Part shown: positions 51,101-64,000 of the stretch, piece by piece
Numbering within the stretch: position 1 is the stretch's first letter
Layout of the letters: every line of letters begins with the position of its first letter
Source of the DNA: Vicugna vicugna
Lineage: Eukaryota
Assembly (NCBI GenBank): GCA_013265495.1
Contig: MU057521.1
Location: forward strand, 558,001 to 622,000
Reading direction: 5' to 3'
DNA: 64,000 nucleotides
Notes under the pieces: model-generated
Seen by the model: the letters and a program-made list of their open reading frames with translations, nothing else
What the model was told of the DNA's origin: nothing
Database searches by the model: none
Made by a program: the position numbers and the translations under genes

Positions 51101-54100
51101 CACCCCATCCTTTCAGCAAGAGTACACTTTTTTGTTTGAAATGTTGACAATTTCTAGAGTTTGAGACATAATATGGCTATTTAAATGTAAATACCTAAAA
51201 CACCTTCCAAAGACTAAAATACATCATTTTAAAGTTTGTTGTTTTTTTATTCTCCATGACATTGCTCCCTTCAAATAATGCAAATTGCAATAAGTTGACT
51301 TTAAGTAAATAAGCAAAATAGGGTTTTGTGGGGGAGTTGGGGAGGGTTTAGATGTCTTTAGAAGAAAGACTGATATTGGAATTTCAGACATTATTCTGTA
51401 AATTAGAGAATTAGAACCCAGGCCTCCAGGCTGGAAGTGTTAATGTGAAAACAGGACTGTGAATTTCCACAAATTTAGGAAATTCTAATGGTCAAGTTTT
51501 ATTAGACAATTGATATCATTAGAGATTGTGCTCTCTTCTGATCACGATTATCTTGTTGCATGATCTTCTGTCTTACAATTATCTTATTGAATATTTCATA
51601 AAACCAAACTGGTTTTAAAATTACTTTCTCTGCCTTTATTATTTCAGTGCCAAAATGATCCTGAAAGCTTCTAAAACAGCCTAGCAGAGATTCAGCTCAT
51701 TTGTAACTCTTGATTTAATTGAAGATAACTTCAACTTCGCAAATTAAGTCTGGTGACTTCCTCTTCTCGGGCGGTACTGCTTCATGCCCACCATTCTAGA
51801 CAACAGTCAGTTAAAGACTTAAGACACTCTGCAGCATTTGCTTTCTAAACTTACTGCTACTCTGGTGCTTACATGCACTTCAGCACTTACTGAAGTTCAT
51901 AATTCTATATTTATCATTCTTACAAAGAATCAGTGCAGGTGTAAGAGGGGGTCCAGGCACTTATCATAGGACTTAAAATGGTTATCTTACACAGCTCTCT
52001 TTGGGGCGGCTGTTTTGCCAAAAGGCAGGAGGCTTCGCCGAGCCCAGTGGCTTGCAGTACCAAGAAAAGCCTGTTCTTCATCCGTGGGTGATGGGGGTCA
52101 TCTGCCGACAATGAGATCGTCTTGTGCTTCATGTTCACAGCCCACTGAGGCTCATGTCTAAAATAATTGTGCTGAGCCTCTGATCATAACATATCCTCAC
52201 CAGGGCATCATTCCACAGTGTCAAATTGTGGCTTGAAGAACGTTTATATGACTTTGTGAAGTGGAATGAAGTTGTTTTATTCACAAATTTCCCCCTCGAT
52301 TTTTACACTATTTCGTCGGGGGAAACCCTTATAAAAAGAGTGTTCTCAATATAGTTCATGCTGGAAAAAATTCTAAATCAAGGACCAAGACGTCTCCTAA
52401 ATGAACATGAGTCATGGGAAACATCTCTACAACTCAAAGAAGTACGGAACGTAGAGTGTGAAACCCTGAAAGCACCCCTTCAATCACATGTGAGCTATCC
52501 AGAATGAAGGCTCTGATAGGTTATTCGGGAGATTTAGACAGAATAAATTAAGCACTGACCTGCAAAAGAGACATCTTACAAGCTCTGAAGAATGTACCAG
52601 GCAAATGCTTCTCCCAGTATCTGACCCCGGACTTCAAGCTCCTTGAGTCAGCGTGTGTCAAAAGCCATGTGGCATCCATCTCTAGCCTCATACATAGTTC
52701 TGAGAAGCGCAACTAGTCTTAAGCCATGGCACCTTTGGACATCACTGGCTAAGGGATCTGAGTAGCTGGGGCAGGAATAAGTGATGCATGGAGGAGAAAA
52801 AGAGTGACCACTAAGGCTTGGCCTTATGTGACATAGGGCAGAGAGGAAATGCTTTGTTATTAGGAGTTCATTTCCTTAGGATAGGCAGACTTCAAGTTAC
52901 AGAGACGTTACCTTCCCTTCCCCATCCTAACGCCACCATTGTTAATGTCCTATAGAAGACACCAAAGATAACTCTCACATTTTTAAGACAAAAGGAGACC
53001 TTTCATACATTCGGTACTATGTAAAAGAAGTATTTAAGCTAAATTGGAGGCATCAAAAATAAGTAACTGCATTGAAAAGTCACAGCCATATTGAACAATA
53101 AACAATTTATGGAAGGAGCCCAGAAAAAAATTGTTTTTTAAAAAATTGAAAAGCATAGCTTCTGACAAGTATTCTTTATTTATGAGTATAAGGAGAATTT
53201 TTCAAGGAACACAAAAATACTAAAATAAAATGCAAGTCTGACACATACATTTCTTTTTGAGGCTTGGCACAAAAGAGGAATCTAGGTAGATATGAGGCTA
53301 ATTGCAGAGTTTAATTCAATGATCATTATCTACACTAATTGAGAGAACAGAAGAGGTCGGGATGATGTGAAATCCTAAACGATTCCAAATCATTTATAGT
53401 TGACAAGGGCTGTGTTTTTGGCCTTTGACTTGAATACAGGAAAGTCCAGGGGTCTAGCAATTCAGTTTTTAAAAAGGTAGGAAACTTACAAGTGAAGTCT
53501 AGATGCCCAGGCTTCAAAACTTCTCTTGTTCCCCCCTCCTTTCTCAGCTCACTCCTCCCTACTTGTCCTGGGGTGCTTGGGGCCCTACTCACCAGCGCTG
53601 GGCTTTCTGCTAAGTATGTAGATCACCTGATGGTTCACTGATCGTATACCTGCTCTTGCTTCCTGTTCCCTAAGAGCGCTCATGATTTTAAAAATATGAG
53701 GCTTGGAGGGCAAGAAATAGGAGCTGGTGCTGAGAGGGTTAACCTAGGAAGTGTTTGCCCCAGGGACACAACCCCAGGTCTGACAGACCCCAGACTGTTT
53801 ACCGTCATCAAAAACACCAAAACAAAAACACCATCTCAGACATCTCTCTGGTTCCAAGGCAAGTTGGAATACAAATTGTTTCAAAAGGATTCTGCGCATG
53901 CAAAGTGAATAGCTGTCAACAAAGCTATAATTAAGGAGATGAGATGCTGTCAATAAATCTGAAGTAATGATCTTTCTTGGAGCAGCCACATCATGTCTTA
54001 TCACTTCTCTAGCCTCTCCTCCAGGGCCTGCCTCCAGGATAATCTGGAGTCTTCTCAGCATCATTTGGGGGGGAACTCCTTATGCAGCTTTTTAGAGACT

Positions 54101-54523
54101 TTGAGAAATTCGAGAGACCATGCCTTTCTTCCTTTTCAGATGTACATGTTGCTAATGTTTTCTTAAAATTCATGGTGGTTTTTTGGCCAATTATTATCGA
54201 TGGTCTTCCCTCCAGCGTTCCATGCACTTATAGAACCCAGTATCGTTTCATTAGTTGATGACTCTAGCAATAAAAATACCTTCTGGGTGAAGAGAGCCTT
54301 GCCTTTGCAAATTAATTTCACATGTGCTAGTTCATGTTTGGGGCACCATCTGCCAACAACCCTTCTCTTGGCTACAATTGATTTCATATTATTTCTTTGG
54401 TCCCCTGGAATATTTTAAGTCTCAACAAACGTTTTTAAATGAAAGTAGAGACTTCCCATGCCAAAGAAGTTACTTTGCTTAATTTTCCACTGTTAGGAAT
54501 TGCTTCTGCCACAGCCTTGCTCA

Positions 54524-54716
54524 CTTCTTAAGGAAACTGTATTTCTTTGGAATGATCTCTGATCCTTTTTCCTTCTTAAGGAAACTGTATTTCTTTGGAA
54601 TGATCTCTGATCCTTTTTCCTTCTTAAGGAAACTGTATTTCTTTGGAATGATCTCTGATCCTTTTTCCTTCTTAAGGAAACTGTATTTCTTTGGAATGAT
54701 CTCTGATCCTTTTTCC
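54524..54716. repeat. Perfect 48-bp tandem repeat, 4 copies
   Basis: CTTCTTAAGGAAACTGTATTTCTTTGGAATGATCTCTGATCCTTTTTC starting at 54524, 54572, 54620 and 54668. Confidence 0.98.
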
Positions 54717-56221
54717 CAAAAGATGATTCAAAACTTATCTTGCTGAATGGGAGGGAGACCACAATTAGCCATAGGTTTCTCTGCCGCACCCCAAGGCTCT
54801 GTTTTCTCCCCTGCACTAAATTCCATTTCTGCACCATGTTTGATGCTGTTTTCACCAGTGACGGTGTTTGTCTCAGGTATATATTTTCTCTCCCCGAACT
54901 GAGTCACAGCTCCTTCAAAGCAGAGACGTGGTGTCTTCCTTTTCCCACTCTGAATGGTGGGGACTGGTTGACACCAAAGGCCTGGGGCTTTATGATACCC
55001 CTGAAACATTCTGCTGGGGCCAGCTCAGTGCTGGGAATATTCTGAGCACACCCTCCCTCAGCTCACTGCCTGACTGACGCAGCCACAGGAAAAGGAGAAC
55101 TCCAGATGGTTGCTGCCATTTCAGGAAAGGAAGAGCCACGAAGGAACAAGCCGAGGGGCACAAGAGCACAACTAGTGCTAGGAGGAGAGAGGGGGAAGTC
55201 AGGAAGGGTGCTGGGAAGGCGCAGTGAAGCAGCACTGTGTGAGAGTGGGAAAGTTTTCAGCTTTTTAAAAATACAGATGAAGAATTACATTCTGTATTTA
55301 CTCTTTGGAATCTAGGTATAGCTTTGTGATAAGTTGGTGAAAGTAGATTTATTTTTAAACTGCATGTGGGCTGCAAGGTTGAAAACTGCAGGGGTTGAAA
55401 TGTGGGCTCTTGAGGAGTGGCTGGGACAAACAACGGAATTACCAGAACAACTAACCATGTCTCCATCTCTGAATTCCAGGCACCAGGTGGCATCCTGGCA
55501 AATCTGTTCTCTGTGCCCTACCAGCTAAAAAATATTCTGTTTGACTTTCACCATCTGCCTTCTTCTAGCAAATCTAACCCAAATCCAAAATGAGCAGGTG
55601 GATTTAGGTGCTGGAGATTGGCACTTTCTGGGGAAAACTGGAGAAATCCATTACCATTAGCAGTTTTAAATACGCATTTATAAGTTGAACCTCAAGCTGT
55701 CATTCTCTGAATATGTCTTCCCAGGATGAGGTGTATGAATATGAGACTTTCAGGAAATAGGCTAATTTAGAAGGAATTTGAGTTCTTAATGATTGTTTCC
55801 TACAGATTCCATAATGACTCCATTCTGTTTCTGCCGTGTGAAGAAGTATGCCCTTTTCACTGTTGTTAGCATGCACTTTTTAGAGTCACTCCTACACAGT
55901 AAAGTGACAATTATTTTTCCATGAATATCTACAGATTCAGCACCTACAGGTTCTGCACTGTGAATCAGAACATGTTCATTCAACCCGTGTCTCTGTAGAC
56001 CAAGACTAAAATGCAAATACAGCAACATCCCGAGTACGCCAAAGTGCTATATGAACTCCTGACTTTCCACGGGCATGTGATAAAAGAAAGGACAATATCA
56101 AAATTGAGTGTTTTGAGCAACCTCACATTGCGGCTTGCCACAGTGTAGTTTGGTTTGTATCTTCACAAATGAACATGAGCTGAAGATTTAAATGGAAGAC
56201 TAGAGAATCAGGGAAAAGTTA

Positions 56222-56591
56222 TGTATTAGTCCGCTCAGGCTGCCATAACAAAACAGCACAGGCTGGGTGGTGAAAACGGAAGTCCAAGATCAGGGTGCCA
56301 GCGGGGCTGGTGTCTGCTGAGAGCTATCCCCTGGAGATCTCTTCTGTGTGTGTGTGTGGGGGGGCTGGGAGTGGGGGGGGGGGAGGTAGAGAAGGGAAGG
56401 GAAAGACAGACAGACAAAGAGAGAGAGAGATCTGGTGTTTTTTCTTATAAGGACACTAATCCTACCAGATCAGGGCTCCACCCTTATGACCTCATTTAAC
56501 CTAATTACCTCCTTACTCCCAATAGCCACATTGGGCAGTTAGGACTTCAACATATGAATCTGAGGCAGCCATATACATGCAGTCCGTAAAA
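56222..56591 (-). mobile_element. MLT1A-type MaLR LTR
   Basis: tgtattagtccgctcaggctgccataacaaaa...cttcaacatatgaat. Confidence 0.9.
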
Positions 56592-57224
56592 ATGGCATTT
56601 CAACCAGTAAAGCTTATTCATGTACTTGTCACATTTAGACTGACTCAAGCATTAAGGAATCCCTGAATGCTGTTTGAACCCACTGAGTTTAAGCGACTTT
56701 CCCAGTGGTCACACAGTAGTTGACTAACCTTAGACTAGCCTCCAAGACCTGTACTGTTGTTCTTGCCAGTACCATACAGTGCTCCCCCTGCCCATCTCCC
56801 TGCCAAAGTGCCTCTGCACTGCTTAGGTGGCCACTGAATTTCCCGTTGTTTAGCAAAGTCTATTGCTGTCAAGTCTTAAAAGATATCCAACAAAACCAGG
56901 TTTTTCTCCCTGCTCTATTGCTTTATGGTCTATCCCGTGTCACTTTTGTTTAAATTTCTAGCTTAAAAATATTGGTGTTCTCCACGCCTCCATCCTCTTC
57001 TAGCAGGACATTTAACTTTCTAACAAGACTGTACTCCCTTCAATAATCCCCTTGGTTCTAGGATTGAACTACCAGGGATCTCAAGCTGGTATGCTAAGGT
57101 AGTGATACAGATGGAGGGTGACTCCAAGCAGGATTCCTTCCTCAATCAAAAGGAACCATAAGTGGGTGACTGAAGCTTGTTATGCAGTAGAAAGAGAAAG
57201 GGTGCAGTGTGAGGGGTCAAGACC

Positions 57225-57640
57225 ACTGCTGTAAGAGCTGCTATAATAAAAACACCAAATGTCAGTGTTTAACACAGCGATAGTCTATTTCTTGCTCACA
57301 TCACAGTTCAATTTCATGTCAGCTGCACCTTCTGACCACTTTTTCTCCAAGCAGTGACTCATTCAGGCTGTTTTCATCTTGTGGCTACACCTCACCTCAG
57401 GGCAGAAATCTTTGCCCAGAGTCAGCAGAGGAGCAAAGAGAAAGTGTGGAGGATCTTTCAGAATGTTTTATAGTTAGTAATGAAAATAGAGATGTCATTT
57501 CCAACTGCCTCTCTCTGACCAGAACCCTGCCACATGACCCCGAGCTAACAGCAAGCGAGACTGGGAACTGCACTCTTCCTGGCTGCTCAGGAAGAGGAAA
57601 TGGGACTCATTAGCATCTGCTGGCTCTCTGACACAGCTCA
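57225..57640 (-). mobile_element. MLT1I/J-type MaLR LTR
   Basis: tatttcttgctcacat...ccacatgacccc...gactgggaa. Confidence 0.6.
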
Positions 57641-58329
57641 CAATCCTTTCTTCACTACAAAGAAGCATTCTAGTACTTAGGTAAACTCACCTGATTTCAT
57701 GGCATCCAGGAGGGGAAATAGAGGTGGGAGAACAGGAAATAGTCAGTAATTTCACTCTAACTATAACATGAAATGCAAACTCCTTAACAAATCTCAGAAG
57801 ACATAACATAGCAATATTGTCTTATTAGGTGCACTGTCTCAAGAATCAGACACGCTGGGTACAGCTGATGCTGCTGGTCCCAGGATCACACACTGAGAAC
57901 CACTGACCGTAACTCACCCCACATTCTGTGGATGAGGGTGTCCCTCTCCTCATTTGATGATAAGCTCCTGCAGCACTGATTGGGGGTTTAGCCGACAGAT
58001 GTTGCAATCCGGTTGCTTTAAAAATCACTGTTCCTGATTCTCCCTAAGCAAGTCACTTAAATGCCTGGAAAAGTTACTTCATCTCTCTGGGCAGGTTCAC
58101 TCATTTGAAAACTTAAAGTAATAATGCTGAACCTCAAAGGAATTATATTTGATTATCTATACAAAGCATTTGCATCTTCCCTAACACGTAGGAACCACAC
58201 AATAAATGCTAACTGCAAATATTATCAGAAGGAGATGGAAACTGCGTGTAGTTTGGCTCTATATGATCTTTAGTCAACAAAAATAACTGCACAATTGAAT
58301 TTTTAAAAGATGATTTTTTTAAAGGTGGT

Positions 58330-58530
58330 ATAGGGTAGTTTAAAAAGAATCAGGTTTAGAATGCCTAAATCTATGTATGAGCTGTGTGACTTTGACCAAG
58401 TAACCTGATGTCTTTCTTTAAAATATATTCCTATCCCCTGTGTCGCAAGATTGAGGTCATGACCACCTACGTCATGAGATAACATGTAGAAGTTGCCAGC
58501 ACAGTTCCTGTAACATAGTAGGTACTCAAT
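58330..58530 (+). mobile_element. MIR
   Basis: gctgtgtgactttgaccaagtaac...catagtaggtactcaat. Confidence 0.75.
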
Positions 58531-59699
58531 GCCTTTTGAGTAGCAGTTACCAAGTTCTTCTCAAAACGGTTCTACAGTGGGAAATAATGTTTCAAACTGT
58601 GCAAGTGAGAAAAAGCCATCTTAGAAAGACAGTTTTGAGAGAATTAAATGGTTATAGTTTCAAGCAGATGCTTATTAGGGTGATTTTTTTGATCTCTGAC
58701 CTTTATCATACCCCCTCCAATCCCATCTGAAAACAGCCTCTCAATGCTTTTATTCAAATGATAATCACTGTGCAAAAACTCAATGTCTCTTCATTCAGGA
58801 ACTTACAGTACCCGTCTTAATAAACCACAATGAACTGAACACATGAAGAATAACTGTATAAGCAGGCCTCTCTCCAGCTGTCATGTCTGTTTGTGACAGC
58901 AACTGGTATTTCATTGTAAAAGATGCTAATTTCAATCTGAGCTGTGGCAGTGCTGAGAGGAGCATAAAAGGAATTCTTGATTATCTATATCACTAACTGT
59001 GGTCCCTGGAGATACACTTGGAAACTTCAGATCACATATGGCGAGAGTGCTATGATAAAATATGCATCAATGAAACTTCATGATTTATGATAATAAAGAA
59101 ATGGACAGTTTCACCCTCTATGATAACTATTTGTGGCTGGTCTTTCTCTCTTTACTATTTCTGGAGGCTTTATAAATGACATTGTTGTACTAATTGTTAT
59201 ATCATTCTGTACCTGGACCACCAACTCATTTCTGTTCTGTCAAATTCCCGGGGACTTATCATAATACCGTTTCAATAATAATTACTTTCCCAATCTAAAC
59301 TGAAGAAATAATAATTACCTTAGCTGCTGGGCCACACTGGCTACCTCTCAGAGTTAAACAAACATTAATTATTACTTCAACTTAAATATCACTGCTTATT
59401 AGCATTAGCCAGGCTTCAGAGGAGAAGAGGGAAGTCAAAGCTCTCAGAGGTGCACAGCCCACATCATGGGGGGAGTGGGGTGTGGAAGTGAAATCAGGGT
59501 GACCACTATCTTTTCTTGGGAATGGACCATTCTTTATTTTAAAATTATGTTCTTCCTATTTTGGGGGCGGAGGTGTTGCTATGCCCTTTCTTAAGTGGTG
59601 ATAATACTAGATGATTAGGTTGGGGGGTGTTTAATATTCTTATTTAGCAAAAGTTAAAACTTAGCAACTCTTAATTCCTCCTTTCTCTGTTTTGAGCAG

Positions 59700-59990
59700 C
59701 TCTTGAAATCTCATAATCTAGAAGCCAGTTGGACTCTTCCCTATAACATCCCAGCACAAAATCTTAGGTGGCCAAAGGCTTACTGACCATTTTACAAGTT
59801 ATCTACCTGTTCCATTCAGAGAAATACTCATTATTAGAAATTTACTCATTTTTATTGATCCCAAATCTGCCTTCATAGATTCCAACCCTATTTCAGCCCT
59901 CTAGTACTGCATAGAATAATTCTCACCCCTTTTGTTAGAACAGCTTTTCAAATACGTAAAGAAGGCAGCATGGTCTCCCAGATGGCCTCC
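59700..59990 (-). mobile_element. L3 (CR1) fragment
   Basis: cagcttttcaaatacgtaaaga...aaatctgcct. Confidence 0.55.
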
Positions 59991-61369
59991 ACGCTAGTAA
60001 CCCTCATCCGCTGTCAGTGGTTTTTACTCCAAGTTACCCTGCTGACAGTTGCTCCCTCACTTCCAGTCACCTCCATGATGCGGGCCCCTACAAAAGAAGG
60101 GTCTGATACATCAGTGTCCAACTTAGAAACATTCATTTAATTGTCTAGAGAACAAAGCCCAAAATTTTTAGAGCAGCACTAGCTTCTCCTCCATCTGCTT
60201 CCAAACAAGCTTCCTCTCCCCTAGTATCTATCCCCTCTTGTATGACACACACAGTTACACATCCTTTCTCCATTCTTAAACTTTTCTAACCCTGAGCATT
60301 TTCTCATCTAAGTGCTGATCTCTGTCTCTCTGACTGTTGTTCAAAGCTCACCTCTTCCACAAAAGTAGGAGTAAGGAGTGAGTCTACCTCTCAAAGTCCA
60401 CACAGACAGACTTGCATCAAGAGTTCTTCAGCTTTCAAATGCTCTATTGCTAGATATAAGTTTAGAAAGAAACACTTAAGGTTCTCATATCCGTTGAAAA
60501 TATAATTATCAATAATGATTAAAATAAACTCTTTGGAATTGTCCTTTACAACATGTAACAAGTGTATATAATCCCCCTTCTACTTTTAAGACATTTTTAA
60601 GATGCTATGTAGTATTATTCCATGTATGTCTTCTGTTATTTTTTCATGTTTTTCTCATGTGGATTATTTTTTCCTTAATCTTGAAATCAGATATTTGTAA
60701 TCAGGTGTAAATATGTGAAGTATTATTTCAACAAAATCTTACTTCTATTGACCTATAAAAATAATAATAAAATGAGGAATATATTATCTCTTAAAAATAC
60801 TTACTTTCCTCTACAGCCTATATATAAATGGAAAAACAACTTTCTAAACCATAATTTGTGGGATTAATATATGTTATTTTATTTTGATCCTTATTTTAAT
60901 TCCCAAGCTAACAGCAATTCACAGGCAGTTAAGAGACCCAATTTGATCAATTTTCTAAGTTGCTTGTTTTTCATTAGGATGATCCTTAAGGCAGGTGGCC
61001 TTCAATTAGTTGGGCTGACAGCTCTGGCTAATGTTTTAATGATCCCTAGCAAGGGAAACAAAAAAGAGGAAAAAAAAATAAGGGGATTTACAATGGCGAG
61101 GATAAGCTGGATCAGGCAGGGAGACAGAGTACATAACCACTAATTAACTCTCGTCATTTAAACATCTGCAAGCTAAAAGGAGATACCCAAGTATCCCTGC
61201 ACTGCTGACAAGTCCTTGAAGTATATGCTACAAAGAGTAGCCTCTAATCCTGTATTCCCAGACTCATAGGCACTTGTCAAACAGCCTAGCTAATAATACT
61301 ATTGTAACATCTAATTTGTGAAGGCGTAACTATACCAAAATACTTGTCATAAAACAAATGGAAGGGACA

Positions 61370-62520
61370 ACATAATCTCTTACAACAGCCTTCCAACTGT
61401 CCCCTCTGTTTCCATCTTGCATCGCTGCTGTCTTATTTATACACAGCAGATAGAATACTCTCCGAGAATAAACTAGATTCTATCACTCTTTTGCTTAAAC
61501 CCTTCTAAAGGATTCCTGTTGCAATTAGAATAAAATGCAAAAATCTTTACTGTGGCAAATAAATCCTATATATTATCTGGCCCTGACCATTAACACTTTT
61601 AGCTACATGAATTAGTAAGCCAACCGTAATGGCTTAAACACTTAAACAAGCAAGAGCAGTAAGCATTTCACCCTTAACCAAGTAAGAGGTTTATTTTTTT
61701 TCTCATGTAATAAAAAGCCTAGAAGTTGGCAGCGCAGGGCTGGTGCCACTGCTCAAAGTCATAAAGGAACCAAATTCTCACTGACTTTATGCTTTGCCAT
61801 CCTTAGCAAGTGGCATTTGTCCTCATAGTTGCAAAATGGCTGCTCTATCTCTAGGTACTATGTCTACACTCCAGGCAAGAAGGACAAGAAATAGCAAGGA
61901 TGAAAGTACTTTTAATCAGGAAAACAGTCAGTTTCCCAGAATCCCCACCCAGTAATCATCATCTCTTTTGAACAATTTCACAAGGCTACTGTGACAGGAG
62001 AAAAATCAAGTGTTGGGGGATTTTTGTTACTTCATTTCCTCATCTCTTTGTTCCATTCTCCAGCCCCTCTAGTCTCTCCATCTCTAAAACACCCCTTCTT
62101 TGTTGCTATCTCTTGATCTTAACACTTGTGGTCCCTTTCCTTGACTTCTTCTTTCCAAATGACTGCGTGGGTCATACCTTCAGATTGTTCAGCCTCTGCT
62201 CTGATGTCAGCTCCTTCAGGCAGCTTTATCCGATCCTTTTAGCAAACAAAGTTTCACCCCATCTCCAGCTGTGCTCTCTCTCTCTCTCTCTCGTATTTTG
62301 TTTTGTTTTTGTTGCTGGTATTTATTTTCCTTATAGCATTTTTGGTTATTTGAAATATTTTACTGTTTTTGTTTTTGTGCTGAGTACCCCCTCTTAGAAC
62401 ATAATCTCGTAATGGTAGGGTTTTCTCTGTCTTTTCCCTGCTACATCCAGTGCCTTGGACATTGCCTAGTACAGGGACGCTGAGTTAATAGTTTGATTCT
62501 GACTTAATGAATGAATCAAT
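61370..62520 (+). mobile_element. L2 fragments with nested MLT1 LTR (~61620-62010, minus strand)
   Basis: tgcttaaacccttctaaaggattcc; aatgaatgaat tail; aaaatggctgct. Confidence 0.65.
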
Positions 62521-64000
62521 GGTTTTCTCGACCCGTCCTGAATTTTTAATCCATCTCTTCACTGCATTCTTAGTCACTCATCTTTGACTCTGAAATGAGT
62601 AACAGCATCACGCTGCTTGATCCTATTTGAATTTTTAAATTACATTTCATGTTTTCTTAAATTTCCATATTGTTTCGATGGCTTTTGTAAGCATGACCTT
62701 CTTGGTCATAAAATGCATTTGAGACAATTATTTCCAATTGCTTTGCATATGTACTGGATGTTTTTCATAATCCTGCCATTTATAAGCCTCTACTTTTAAT
62801 TATTCTAAATATTTGTACCATGAACAATTTTTTCATATTTTCTGAGTGACTCTGTATTCTAGGGATTATTATTCAAAACTGGTCCTACACCCTCTTCTGT
62901 GTGAAAGTCCAAGAGAATACATTAAATAATTCTTCACAAACATCTCTAGATCCCTTATGAAGTAAACAATTAAAACATTGAATTTTCACATTGTGCTGTC
63001 AGACAAATCTCTAAATCTTGGAACACAAATATTTTTGACTAATTTTTGTCCCTGACTCAAACTTGGTAGATATAGTACATGATTTTAATGTGAATTTCCT
63101 ATTCCATCTCATTTTTGCATCCCTCATAATACATTTTGCAGAGCATTATAGAGGGGCTCCATTTTCCTCATTCCAAAGATTTAACATTTAGTATGCTCAA
63201 AGCTTCTAAAGATTTTTTTTTGGTGTAGTTTTTCCTTTATATTCACTTGTCCCACTGCAGGGACAAAAAGCTAGGAGAGCAGGGGTAAAAAGAAAAGAAA
63301 AAGAAAGAAATAAAAAGAAAAAAATGCACCAAGTTCAGAAATCTTTTTCCCTTTCCCTTTCCCTCACAGGCATAAATGAGAACCTTTCATGACCAATCTT
63401 CTAAGAATTCATTTTTCTTTTCACTCTAACTTCACTGACTTAAGGGTGCGGAGTATAGATTATCTGGGTAAAGTAGAAGCAAAAATAGTGCTAAACTGAG
63501 ATATGTCTTTCTTGAGAAGCCTAAGGCATGTACACTTTTCTTTAAAAAAATCATCGAATTCTTCCAACTCCAGGGTTTCTTTCTAAAGGGACATGAATAT
63601 TTGGAAATACTGAGAAGGAGAGTTAAACATCTGTGAAAACAAAGGCTGTTCCTTACAGGTGAACCAAAATTGATCTGTCTAGCCATGGGTTCAGTCACTG
63701 GTGATCAGGCATCATCCGTCATTACAGCTGTTTCCAAGGCAGCCCCAACTCCATGGTAGGTGCTGGGGCTTCCCTGTTGATGCCCTGAGTTTAGCATCAG
63801 GCTGTGACTTCATCCCCCTGCACAGAGTGACAACAGGCACAGGCAGCTGTCCCTTGAGCAAGGTAAACTCTGCCAGAGATTGTAGAAAAATCATTAGCAA
63901 CATCCCAAAAAAGAGTGCCTGTCAAATTTTAGAGTGTGCAAGAATCACTGAAGAGCTTATAGAGCTTGTTGAAAATGCAATCATTTTTTTCATCTCAATC

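Larger units (their letters stand above)
53100..59400 (-). mobile_element. Ancient L1-like LINE, copy E (ORF2)
   Basis: IDAYFI 59071-59054 and DHS 59004-58996; LLSPTYHKAIPR ~55340; SLPFSKISF..G ~54755; GRW ~54350; KEERHGLSNF 54134-54105. Confidence 0.55.

Noticed and set aside
54524..54716. CRISPR-like array
   Set aside because: Identical contiguous units with no unique spacers, no cas genes, eukaryotic context.

Overview
Mammalian genomic DNA, probably camelid (a camelid-type tRNA-derived SINE and a young camelid-type L1 3' end are present). I found no credible protein-coding gene. The window carries the usual MIR, L2, L3, MaLR, ERV LTR, hAT and L1M/HAL1 repeats, one assembly gap, and one CpG-island promoter (~40.9-42.3 kb) with a candidate spliced + strand non-coding transcript. 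Main observation: most of the apparently unique sequence between these repeats reads, on the minus strand, as heavily decayed copies of an L1-clade LINE. Its motifs look more like fish/amphibian/reptile L1 (or Tx1) than mammalian L1M. At least five co-oriented copies are indicated (endonuclease remnants near 59.0, 46.1, 38.3, 18.0 and 3.0 kb), and three of them align to each other at the DNA level as a head-to-tail array. One inverted junction fragment is also present. All translations and alignments were done by eye, so boundaries, family names and identities are approximate and need computational confirmation.
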